Shown here piece by piece: positions 55,483-64,000 of a stretch of 64,000 nucleotides of DNA. Every line of letters starts with the position of its first letter. Within the stretch, counting starts at the first letter, position 1. The position numbers and the translations under genes are program-made. The notes beneath the pieces are model-generated. The model did not search any database and was not told the DNA's origin. It worked only from the letters and a program-made list of their open reading frames with translations. Where the stretch lies: positions 124,001-188,000 of the IMG/VR virus record IMGVR_UViG_3300033049_000066; one strand, written 5' to 3'.

Positions 55483-56058
55483 ATGACACAAGTATACTTT
55501 AATTCAGATTTGCACCTCGGCCATAGAAACGTCATCACGTTCCATGACAATTTTCGTGCCAAGTGCATGGGTGTTGAAACTATCGAGCAGCATGATGAGA
55601 TGATCTTTGACCTCTGGACGGACCGAGTAAGGAAGCGTGACGTTATCTACATATTAGGTGATGTTGGGTACCAGCTCGATCGTCTAACAGCCTTGCCCGG
55701 GCGAAAAATCTTAATGCTCGGCAATCACGATAAATCCCCCGCTAGCGAATATTTAAAAATATTTGACAATATCATTGGCCCAATCAAGTACAAGAAGCAC
55801 TGGCTAAGTCATTTCCCAGTACACGAAAGTGAGCTATGGGGGAAGAAGGTAATTTGTGGTCACACCCATTCAACCGGACTCAATGATGATCGATATATAA
55901 ATGTTTGCGTGGAAATGACCGGTGGGGTGCCAGTAAATTATCAGGATATTGTAAGTGGTAAGTACGTGACTTGGAACCGGGTTAATTATCCATATGGCGT
56001 AGTAGACAACTCAGTTAATCATAACCCGGACGCGAGTAAGGCAGATTCAAGTGACTGA
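55483..56058 (+). CDS. Calcineurin-like metallophosphoesterase
   Basis: SDLHLGH, LGD, GNHD, SH, GHTH. Confidence 0.9.
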   Translation: MTQVYFNSDLHLGHRNVITFHDNFRAKCMGVETIEQHDEMIFDLWTDRVRKRDVIYILGDVGYQLDRLTALPGRKILMLGNHDKSPASEYLKIFDNIIGPIKYKKHWLSHFPVHESELWGKKVICGHTHSTGLNDDRYINVCVEMTGGVPVNYQDIVSGKYVTWNRVNYPYGVVDNSVNHNPDASKADSSD

Positions 56059-56705
56059 CCACGCGATGCCGTAATATACCCAAATCCTAAATCTCTAAAA
56101 GTTTTACCAACATCAGCCTTGGTAAAATACGGTACTTGCCTAACAGTCCCGATGGTTAAAAAATTCTGGTTATTTTTACAATATTTGTATATAACATTTT
56201 GTGATATTTTATAAGGACATCCGGTCATAATTGCAGACATTGATGTAAAATATCCCCAGGGCGTTTTCCAATATCCATCGAACGACGAATGGGTATTTCC
56301 GGTCAACGCTTTGGATATCTTTTTACGCACTGCCAATCGCTTTGCTGGATTTTGAAGGCCTTTCATTGAAGTATAGTCTCGATTCATATTGTGGTGATTG
56401 TGATATTTTCCACCAGGTGATATATTATACCCATTATTTTTCGTGTTGTATTCGGTTATTAGTAAACGTTCAGCTACGTTAAGATAATCATAATCAAAAG
56501 ACACAAATAAAACTTCATGTATCCAATCATCGCTACCATACTTTTCAATAGCATTATGAAATTTTCCATTCTTCTTAAACGCGGATTTGGCATCTCTACA
56601 ATGTTCGGCAAATCGGACAGTTATTCCTTGCCGAGTAAGTCCAATATACGCTTTTCTAGTAGTTTTACTAGTGTGTTTATAAACTATATATTTAGATTTA
56701 TTCAT
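56019..56705 (-). CDS. Free-standing GIY-YIG homing endonuclease
   Basis: IVYKHT..KAYIGLT..RF..H..E..GYN; ATAAATA upstream. Confidence 0.85.
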   Translation of the reverse strand: MNKSKYIVYKHTSKTTRKAYIGLTRQGITVRFAEHCRDAKSAFKKNGKFHNAIEKYGSDDWIHEVLFVSFDYDYLNVAERLLITEYNTKNNGYNISPGGKYHNHHNMNRDYTSMKGLQNPAKRLAVRKKISKALTGNTHSSFDGYWKTPWGYFTSMSAIMTGCPYKISQNVIYKYCKNNQNFLTIGTVRQVPYFTKADVGKTFRDLGFGYITASRGQSLESALLASGL

Positions 56706-56924
56706 AATAATATTTATGACGGGCATACACACTCTGCCAGAATATAGTAATCGAAATAGTAGGCCTAAGTATATAATCGTGTTATAATTAACCTAAGAGT
56801 GGTAAATTCACAACACACGACAAAGTTAATAAGAAATTTGAAGATATTGTCTGGGATTTACCAAAAAGGTAGACATTATAATTAAGTAGTGTTATAATTT
56901 AATAAATCAAAAAGGAATCAAGTA

Positions 56925-57701
56925 ATGAATAAATTAGCAATCGCAGTATCCGCTGCCTTAGTTCTTAGCACATCACCAGTAATTGCCGGGGATGAGACAA
57001 TTATGTTTGAAATTGGTGTTGGTTTTGGAACATCCATTAAGGTTACAAAAACAAAGGAACAACTTGCGAATAAATTCAATCGGATGTTTTGCTATCACAG
57101 ACCTTCCGACACTCCAATATATGGTGCTGTCCGCTACCGATACGACAATGTCGAAGCACACGTAGGTGGCTGGTTAGTAGGCGCTGACAGTGCGAGATGT
57201 GATCGTGATTCATACGCTGTTGGGGTCGGCTACGTTTTTGACACACAGGATCACAGCGGTGAAGCATCAATTGATGATTTTTACGCTACGTACACCCCCG
57301 GCATTGCGTATACTTGGGGACGAAACAAAGAATTTAATATTCAAGATAATACCAACACCAACTGGCGTCTGAAGGATAACTTTCAATTTTACAATCGCGT
57401 AGCAATCGGCGGTGGCAATGAAAGTACTACGGGTGAGATAGGCATTGTGCGATACGGTAACCCAATTGGTGACTACGAGCGTACAGGCGAAACTTTCGTA
57501 ACGATTAGCGCAGGTTTCCGTGACTATGATGGTACTAGTGGTAGTGGTGCGGGCGCAACGGATCCAGGAGACGACGCTGGAATTATAAACACTATCAACA
57601 TTGTCGATAATACAAATACAGTTGATGGTCCGCTGAGTGAAGTAACAATCAACAATGCCGATGTTGCAGGTCAGGCAAATAACGGCAATTTTGACTTTTA
57701 A
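56925..57701 (+). CDS. Secreted, possibly outer-membrane beta-barrel protein
   Basis: Signal peptide; alternating beta strands (FEIGVGFG, YAVGVGYVF); terminal F. Confidence 0.55.
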   Translation: MNKLAIAVSAALVLSTSPVIAGDETIMFEIGVGFGTSIKVTKTKEQLANKFNRMFCYHRPSDTPIYGAVRYRYDNVEAHVGGWLVGADSARCDRDSYAVGVGYVFDTQDHSGEASIDDFYATYTPGIAYTWGRNKEFNIQDNTNTNWRLKDNFQFYNRVAIGGGNESTTGEIGIVRYGNPIGDYERTGETFVTISAGFRDYDGTSGSGAGATDPGDDAGIINTINIVDNTNTVDGPLSEVTINNADVAGQANNGNFDF

Positions 57702-57721
57702 GTAATCACCAGGAAATAACC

Positions 57722-58417
57722 ATGAAACAATTAGTATTAGCATTAGCATTGTTCTCTGCTTCTATAAACACAAGTGCAGTAACATTTAACGAAACGACTA
57801 ACGCTCGGCTCGATACCGAGTTTTTAATTAGCGGGGAGATCACTCACGTTGATACCACAACCAATCTCGAATGGTTAGATTTTGGGTCACACGATGGATC
57901 GCACGTTACATTTGGACAGTCTGTCAAAAATGCTCAAGTAAACTACGGTAGCCAGGGGTTTCGTCTTGCGACGGAGACTGAGGTTAGAAATTTATTTACA
58001 TTCTTCTTCACTGATTTTGTAGATAGTGGGAATGGCACAATGACCGTATATGAAGATCCAAGCTTGCGTTCAGTCACTGAGAGAAATAGCTGGTTACTGG
58101 CATTCGGCACTGATACAGTAACCACCGGAACAACGAACAACAACGAAACACTGTTTTCGGCAGGTATGTACAAAGATGACGATGGTACAATACAGTTAGC
58201 TGGGTTTAATCTAACATTGGAACCAACAACCGCACGTACTAAATTCTACAGTACAGAGTTCAATGTAGCAGGCGGATTAGGATCAAATGCTGGATACGAT
58301 AATCTTGGTGTGTTTATGGTGCGTGATTATGCTGTAGTACCAATATCGCCCGCAGTTTGGTTATTCGGATCAGGCTTACTTGGATTAGTAGCAATAGCAA
58401 GACGTCATGAAGCATAA
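57722..58417 (+). CDS. VPLPA/PEP-CTERM sorting-domain surface protein
   Basis: Signal peptide; DTTTNLEWLD, GFRLAT.TEV; VPISPAVWLFGSGLLGLVAIARR. Confidence 0.88.
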   Translation: MKQLVLALALFSASINTSAVTFNETTNARLDTEFLISGEITHVDTTTNLEWLDFGSHDGSHVTFGQSVKNAQVNYGSQGFRLATETEVRNLFTFFFTDFVDSGNGTMTVYEDPSLRSVTERNSWLLAFGTDTVTTGTTNNNETLFSAGMYKDDDGTIQLAGFNLTLEPTTARTKFYSTEFNVAGGLGSNAGYDNLGVFMVRDYAVVPISPAVWLFGSGLLGLVAIARRHEA

Positions 58418-58461
58418 TAGAAGTACAAAGATCAACAACCAATAATCAAAGGAAATTAAAA

Positions 58462-59106
58462 ATGAAAAATTCACTAATAGCAATCACAGCAGCAACTCTC
58501 GCAGTATCATCACAGGCCGGTGCGGCTACCCTCGACTTCGTAACGATGGCAGATGGTGCCGAAGGTGCTTTCACTACCCTCTTTGTCCCATCCTCTGTAG
58601 ATCTAAGCGTTACTGCCGGCAGTGGCAGTCCACTAAAAGCACTCGTCTATTTAGATGAAGGTGCCGGTCTTGGGGTGTGTACATCAGTAAATTCCAGTAA
58701 TCAATGTGATCCGAAAGATGGTGACGACATTGCTGGGTTAGATACACTCAGACTAAGTTTTGATACTGAAGTAACTCTTAATAGTGTATCAATGCTAAAC
58801 GGTTATCATCAGTCTGAACTAGGATACCAAACCAGTTCGTACGATGTTTTCACTGCCGACTATTCATTGTCAGTTGATGGCGGAATGGTAAGTACCGGCA
58901 ATCTTGCAGATCTCGTACAACTAAATCTAGTTGGTCGCAATTTTGAATTCGGTGTCGTTGCTGGTGGTGAGGCCGCTTCGCAGCGTTATTATATCTCAGG
59001 ATTAGAGTACAATGAAATATCACAAGTGCCAATTCCAGCCTCTGTTTGGTTGTTCGGGTCTGGATTGCTTGGGGTAATGGCAGTAGCAAGACGTCGTAAA
59101 GCATAA
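58462..59106 (+). CDS. VPLPA/PEP-CTERM sorting-domain surface protein
   Basis: Signal peptide; VPIPASVWLFGSGLLGVMAVARRRKA. Confidence 0.9.
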   Translation: MKNSLIAITAATLAVSSQAGAATLDFVTMADGAEGAFTTLFVPSSVDLSVTAGSGSPLKALVYLDEGAGLGVCTSVNSSNQCDPKDGDDIAGLDTLRLSFDTEVTLNSVSMLNGYHQSELGYQTSSYDVFTADYSLSVDGGMVSTGNLADLVQLNLVGRNFEFGVVAGGEAASQRYYISGLEYNEISQVPIPASVWLFGSGLLGVMAVARRRKA

Positions 59107-59130
59107 CGGAAAGTACAAAGATCATCAAAC

Positions 59131-59153
59131 AGCACTCTAAGGAGTGCTTTTTT
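59131..59153 (+). terminator. Intrinsic terminator
   Basis: AGCACTC-taag-GAGTGCT + U-tract. Confidence 0.8.
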
Positions 59154-59243
59154 ATGGCAAAATAAATGTAATTAGCATTTGACCTTTGGCGCTAGTTGTC
59201 ATATAATATATATTATAGTTAGTAAAAGGCAAAAGCAACGATT

Positions 59244-59693
59244 ATGAATACAGCACAAAACACATTCAATCTATTAAAGTACGATATTCGTGTTGACAAA
59301 GATGGTAGCACGAGATGGTACATAAATGGCAGATTACACAGAGATGATGGCCCAGCTGTTGAGTTCGCAAGCGGTGGCAGAGCGTGGTACCAAAATGGCA
59401 GAAGACATAGAGATGATGGACCAGCTGTTGAATACGCGAGCAGTGACAAATTTTGGTACAAAGACGGCAAAAGACATAGAGATGATGGGCCAGCTATTGA
59501 ATTCGCAGGCGGCACGAATCATTGGTACAAAGACGGAAAGTTACACAGAGAAGATGGGCCTGCTATTGAACTCGCGATTGGCGCGAATCATTGGTACCAA
59601 AATGGCAAATTACATAGAGAAGATGGCCCGGCGGTTGAATCCGCAGATGGCGAAAAACAGTGGTACTTAAATGGGAAGGAAGTAACCAAATGA
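59244..59693 (+). CDS. HR(E/D)DGPA-repeat protein
   Basis: Promoter 59179-59207; MNTAQNTFNLLK. Confidence 0.85.
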   Translation: MNTAQNTFNLLKYDIRVDKDGSTRWYINGRLHRDDGPAVEFASGGRAWYQNGRRHRDDGPAVEYASSDKFWYKDGKRHRDDGPAIEFAGGTNHWYKDGKLHREDGPAIELAIGANHWYQNGKLHREDGPAVESADGEKQWYLNGKEVTK

Positions 59694-60154
59694 GTACAGC
59701 ACAAGCGACCTTTGATGGGTTAAAATCTAGAATAACCGTAGACGATGATGGTGGCGCAAGATGGTACTCCGGGCTAGTATTACACAGAATAGGTGGGCCA
59801 GCAATTGAGCTAGCAAATGGTGGCAGGTACTGGTACATAAATGGTGAATTACACAGAGAAGATGGCCCGGCTATTACGTACGCAAATGGCACAACTCAAT
59901 GGTACCGGCATGGCAGATTACACAGAGAAAATGGTCCAGCTATTGAACGACTAACCGGCAGCAAGCACTGGTACATAAATGGCGTGAGACACAGGGAAGA
60001 TGGCCCGGCCGCTATGTACGAAAGTGGTGATCAATATTGGTACATAAATGGTGAGCTGCACAGAGAAGATGGGCCAGCTATTGAATTCGCGAATAGTGAC
60101 CAATATTGGTACAGAAACGGCAAGATAATAGACAAGCCTTTGGATATTTGCTAA
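59690..60154 (+). CDS. HR(E/D)DGPA-repeat protein
   Basis: ATGA-coupled; MSTAQATFDGLK. Confidence 0.85.
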   Translation: MSTAQATFDGLKSRITVDDDGGARWYSGLVLHRIGGPAIELANGGRYWYINGELHREDGPAITYANGTTQWYRHGRLHRENGPAIERLTGSKHWYINGVRHREDGPAAMYESGDQYWYINGELHREDGPAIEFANSDQYWYRNGKIIDKPLDIC

Positions 60155-60384
60155 CTTATTGATTTATATAGGATTCTAGCATTTATTAAAACAGAGTAAT
60201 ATATTGGTAAGTCGTTGAAATATATAAGAATAGTGGTTTTTACCGGCGTTTTTAAACGGCATTCACGTATCAGTACCAGTAAACATATCAAAACCGCCCT
60301 AAAATAATCGCAATTAGAGGTTGACCTTTGGCGCTACTTGTTATATAATGTATGTAACAGTTAGATAAAGAGCAAGGGAAGATT

Positions 60385-61221
60385 ATGAATCTAGCACAAG
60401 ACACATTCAATCGCTTAAAAACTGAAATTGTAATAGACGAATTTGGCACTAAGTATTGGTACGTCAACAGTGAATTACACAGAGAAGATGGCCCGGCTGT
60501 TGAACATTCGGATGGTAGCAAAGAATGGTACAAATCCAGAAAATTACATAGAGAAAATGGCCCAGCTGTTGAACTTACGGGCGGTGGCAAGTATTGGTAC
60601 TTAGACGGAAAACAACATAGAGATGATGGGCCTGCGGTAGAATTTACAAATGGCGGCAAAGAATGGTACAAACATGGCAAAAGACATAGAAAAGATGGGC
60701 CAGCTATTGAGTACGAGAATGGCTCCAAATTTTGGTACATAAATGATAAATTACATAGAGAAGATGGGCCAGCTATCGAGTACGCAAATGGTAACAAGCG
60801 GTGGTACATAAATGGTAAATTACACCGAGAAGATGGGCCGGCTATTGAACTTAAAAACGGTGGCAAGTACTGGTACATAAATGGAAAATTACACAGAGAA
60901 GATGGGCCAGCTATTGAATACGGGGATGGCACCCAGGCCTGGTACTTAAATGATAAATTACACAGAGATGATGGACCGGCTGTAGAATACGCAGATGGTG
61001 GCAGTGAGTGGTACCAAAATGGCAAAAGACATAGAGATGATGGTCCAGCTGTAGAACATTCAGCCGGTATACACAGAGAAGATGGGCCAGCTATTGAACG
61101 GGCAAATGGTGGCAGGTACTGGTACAAGGATGGCAAAAGACATAGAGAAAATGGACCAGCTATTGAACGGGCAAATGATGAAAAACAGTGGTACTTAAAT
61201 GGAAAGAAAGTAGACAAATGA
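60385..61221 (+). CDS. HR(E/D)DGPA-repeat protein (longest member)
   Basis: Promoter 60321-60349; about 11 repeats, one truncated. Confidence 0.85.
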   Translation: MNLAQDTFNRLKTEIVIDEFGTKYWYVNSELHREDGPAVEHSDGSKEWYKSRKLHRENGPAVELTGGGKYWYLDGKQHRDDGPAVEFTNGGKEWYKHGKRHRKDGPAIEYENGSKFWYINDKLHREDGPAIEYANGNKRWYINGKLHREDGPAIELKNGGKYWYINGKLHREDGPAIEYGDGTQAWYLNDKLHRDDGPAVEYADGGSEWYQNGKRHRDDGPAVEHSAGIHREDGPAIERANGGRYWYKDGKRHRENGPAIERANDEKQWYLNGKKVDK

Positions 61222-61598
61222 ATACCGCACAAGACATATTTGATCGCTTGAAGTACGACATTGTCACTGACAGTGCAGGCAACAAATATTGGTACTTACA
61301 CGGCAAATTACACAGAGATGATGGGCCTGCTATTGAGTACACAAATGGAACCAAGTTCTGGTACAAAAATGGCGAGAGGCACAGAGATGATGGCCCAGCG
61401 ACTATGTACCCAAATGGTGACAAGTTTTGGTACAGAAACAATAAAAGACACAGAGATGATGGCCCAGCTATTGAATACGCAGATGGTAGTAAGGAGTGGT
61501 ACATAGATAACAATTTACACAGAGAAGAGGGGCCTGCTATTGAGTACACAGCTGGCCAAAAAAAGTGGTACACGCATGGAGTAAAGGTAGACAAATGA
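61218..61598 (+). CDS. HR(E/D)DGPA-repeat protein
   Basis: ATGA-coupled; MNTAQDIFDRLK. Confidence 0.85.
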   Translation: MNTAQDIFDRLKYDIVTDSAGNKYWYLHGKLHRDDGPAIEYTNGTKFWYKNGERHRDDGPATMYPNGDKFWYRNNKRHRDDGPAIEYADGSKEWYIDNNLHREEGPAIEYTAGQKKWYTHGVKVDK

Positions 61599-61744
61599 GT
61601 ACATCACAAGAAACATTCGATCGCTTGAAGTATGACATTCATGTAGACGCAAACGGCAAAAAGGTTTGGTACAAGAATGGCGTACGGCACAGAGAGGATG
61701 ACCTGGCGATTGAAGAAGCAAGTGAACTCGCCAGCAAATCATAG
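61595..61744 (+). pseudogene. Truncated HR(E/D)DGPA-repeat gene
   Basis: MSTSQETFDRLKYDI..RHREDDLAIE..*; a single degenerate repeat. Confidence 0.65.
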
Positions 61745-62019
61745 TAAAACAGCCCTAAAATAATCTTAAATAACCGCAATTAGAGGTTGACCTTTGGGTT
61801 TTTCTGTCGTATAATGTATATAACAATTAGATAAAGAGCAAATATTATGAGTGTAACCGATTTACTAGAACTGCTGCAAGACATGAAAGATGAAGGCAAG
61901 GGAAACGCAACAGTTATGATCCCTAGTCAAACCGGGGGTGAATATTCACCATCGGCTGTCTATGAAAGCGGCGATAACGTAACAATTGATTAATTAAATT
62001 TTTAAAGTTGGAGAACGAC

Positions 62020-62268
62020 ATGAGAGCTTATACTGTTACAACAAAAGAGACTGATGAAGATATTACTGACACAACAGTCGTTGGATTAACTTCGAGCAGA
62101 AAAACTGCGATAAATGCCTGCGAAACTATACTTGCAAAAGTAGATGGTCCGGAGATTATAAAATGGCAGTGTAAAGATAAACATAACGGATATGCTGTTA
62201 AAGGTGGTACGGTTGTATCGTACAGCATGTTTTTTGTTAATCAAATAGAAATGACTGAAGAAGTCTAA
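62020..62268 (+). CDS. Hypothetical protein
   Basis: GGAG RBS. Confidence 0.55.
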   Translation: MRAYTVTTKETDEDITDTTVVGLTSSRKTAINACETILAKVDGPEIIKWQCKDKHNGYAVKGGTVVSYSMFFVNQIEMTEEV

Positions 62269-62294
62269 TCGCAACAGGACGCCAAGAGGGCACA

Positions 62295-63377
62295 ATGAAA
62301 GATTTATATACGAACTTATTAGCATTATCCGACAATGATGATACTCCATTTTATCATTCAGATCAAGTGCTATCAAATAATGAATTCTATCGAATTTTCA
62401 GTTATCATTTTACTGATCGTGAATCTTGGCTGCTACCGAGTGCGTTGGAATCTCGCGGAATTATGTTCGAAACTACTGCAGATGGTGAGTTCATTCGCAT
62501 CGCGTCACGCCCAATGCACAAGTTTTTCAATCACAATAGTCGGACTTTGCAAGGCGAGGTTGATTTCATCAACTACGGTACGCCAGCTTACGTCATGCAC
62601 AAGGCGGATGGTTCGCTGATTAGCTCGTACTTAAACGCTAATGGGGAGATTTTATTAAAGTCCAAGACTAGCATCGGGTCGGACTATGCGCAGCTCGCGT
62701 TGAAACTTTTGTTTGCTGACACGGCGATGTACGATTTTGTGAAGTGGTGTGAGGCGGATGGCTACACGGTGAATATGGAGTTGGTGTCGCCGGATCCGAA
62801 ATTTCGAATTGTGCTACACTACCCGGAACCGCGGCTGATTGTGCTAAATGTGCGACAGCGTGAGAGTGGTGGGTACATGGATCCAAGGAGCATCCCTAAG
62901 GAATTTTTCACAGGGTCGGCTGACGTCGGCGCTTTGCTCGAGCTTGACACGGTTACGAATTTGGAAGGCTACGTTGTGCTGGATGACAAGGGCAACTGGT
63001 GGAAGGAAAAAGCGGACTGGTACCTCGAGCGGCATCGTGCTAAGGATTTTGTAAACCAGCCTCTCGCTTTCGTCCAGCTGGTGTTGAAGGATGAGGCGGA
63101 TGATATTTTTACGTTGCTCGCGGATCAACCAGAGGTCTTGGCGGAGATGCAGGCGTTACAGCACAGTGTCATTACGGTCGCGAATGGGTATGTAAACACG
63201 GTGACAAAGTACTGGCAGGAAAACAAAGATTTATCACGCAAGGATTACGCAATCAAAGGTAAGGAAAATTTAGACTGGATGGAGTTCATGCTTGCGATGA
63301 AGTACTACTCAGGCACTGAGCCCGACTGGAATGAGTGCCTGCTAAAACAACTTAAGAAAATTAACTGGGATATTTAA
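62295..63377 (+). CDS. T4 Rnl1-like RNA ligase
   Basis: ESRGIMF, SRPMHKFFN, motif I KADGSLI, NMEL, EGYV. Confidence 0.9.
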   Translation: MKDLYTNLLALSDNDDTPFYHSDQVLSNNEFYRIFSYHFTDRESWLLPSALESRGIMFETTADGEFIRIASRPMHKFFNHNSRTLQGEVDFINYGTPAYVMHKADGSLISSYLNANGEILLKSKTSIGSDYAQLALKLLFADTAMYDFVKWCEADGYTVNMELVSPDPKFRIVLHYPEPRLIVLNVRQRESGGYMDPRSIPKEFFTGSADVGALLELDTVTNLEGYVVLDDKGNWWKEKADWYLERHRAKDFVNQPLAFVQLVLKDEADDIFTLLADQPEVLAEMQALQHSVITVANGYVNTVTKYWQENKDLSRKDYAIKGKENLDWMEFMLAMKYYSGTEPDWNECLLKQLKKINWDI

Positions 63378-63383
63378 GAAATT

Positions 63384-64000
63384 ATGAAAATTCATTTAAC
63401 TAGCGACATGCACATCGAGATGGGGCAGTGGCAAAAACCAACAGTGAAGTCTGATGTCGTCATTGCCGCGGGCGATATTGGGCTCGTTAGCAATCTGCCC
63501 TTATTGAAGAAATACTTCGATGATCTTAGAAAAACTACAGATCATATAATCTACGTGTTAGGAAATCACGAATTTTACAATTATGATTATCCAGCGGTGA
63601 TTGACGAGGCTGCGGATTTTGCGAAGGAAGAAGGCATACATTTCTTAGAGGAAAGTATCGGCACCGATAACTTGGTGCTGGATGGCGTTACCTTCTGGGG
63701 TAGCACATTGTGGACGGACCTTAAAGGTGGGGATCGTGACGTCATGCGGCGTGTTGGGTACGGAATGAATGATTTCCGCATTATCACCAATTCTACGAAA
63801 GGTGACGGTTTTCCATTTACCGCCCATGATTCAATTCTTATCAACGAGCGTACGCGCGAGAAAATCAACTGGGATGCTGATGTTGTGATTACGCACCATC
63901 ACCCGTTGCTGCGGTTGCATAAGAATTTTCCGATGAGCGACATTACCTACGGATTTTGTAACACTGGGCTCGAGGATAAGATCCGAGATTCAGATGTAAA
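63384..64000 (+). CDS. Metallophosphoesterase (runs off window; absent from ORF track)
   Basis: MKIHLTSDMHIE..AGDIG..LGNHEFY..TLWTD..ITHHHP. Confidence 0.85.
   Translation, partial: MKIHLTSDMHIEMGQWQKPTVKSDVVIAAGDIGLVSNLPLLKKYFDDLRKTTDHIIYVLGNHEFYNYDYPAVIDEAADFAKEEGIHFLEESIGTDNLVLDGVTFWGSTLWTDLKGGDRDVMRRVGYGMNDFRIITNSTKGDGFPFTAHDSILINERTREKINWDADVVITHHHPLLRLHKNFPMSDITYGFCNTGLEDKIRDSDV

Noticed and set aside
44772-61742. Long antisense and alternative-frame ORFs over the repeat genes (for example 60288-61232 and 45415-46002, AGPSSLC repeats)
   Set aside because: Shadow frames of the repetitive sense genes; no RBS or promoter.
1-64000. Stop-codon reassignment
   Set aside because: Conserved enzymes are intact in code 11, all three stops end genes, and there is no canonical suppressor tRNA.
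1-64000. Bacterial chromosome or prophage origin
   Set aside because: Dense small ORFs, T4-like late boxes, homing endonucleases, Rnl1 and the tRNA island, with no integrase or housekeeping synteny, indicate a large phage genome.

Overview
A 64-kb segment of a large (probably jumbo) tailed-phage genome that uses the standard genetic code. The host is probably a proteobacterium, possibly a sulfur-oxidising gammaproteobacterium (TusE/DsrC-family gene, VPLPA/PEP-CTERM proteins, spanins, IHF sites). No core capsid or replication genes are present. The window contains: (i) early-type accessory genes behind a repeated sigma70 promoter cassette, often with IHF boxes, including 12 paralogous HR(E/D)DGPA-repeat proteins; (ii) late-type genes behind ATAAATA boxes, six of which begin with a T4-like capsid-targeting peptide; (iii) an RNA-gene island (about 18-34 kb) with about 28 tRNA genes covering all 20 amino acids, a circularly permuted two-piece tmRNA, an attenuator-like leader and many non-canonical tRNA-like or CCA-ended structured RNAs; (iv) NAD metabolism genes (NadK, NadM-Nudix, NadA, NadV) and a macro domain; (v) RNA repair and translation-rescue genes (Rnl1, HAD and metallo-phosphoesterases, a Pth2-like protein); (vi) secreted or surface proteins and a PAS-GGDEF diguanylate cyclase. 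The best candidate for an undescribed system is a 688-aa TROVE-like/TerD protein preceded by two tandem Y-RNA-like ncRNAs (41539-43837). All assignments come from reading motifs by eye; no searches or folding programs were run.
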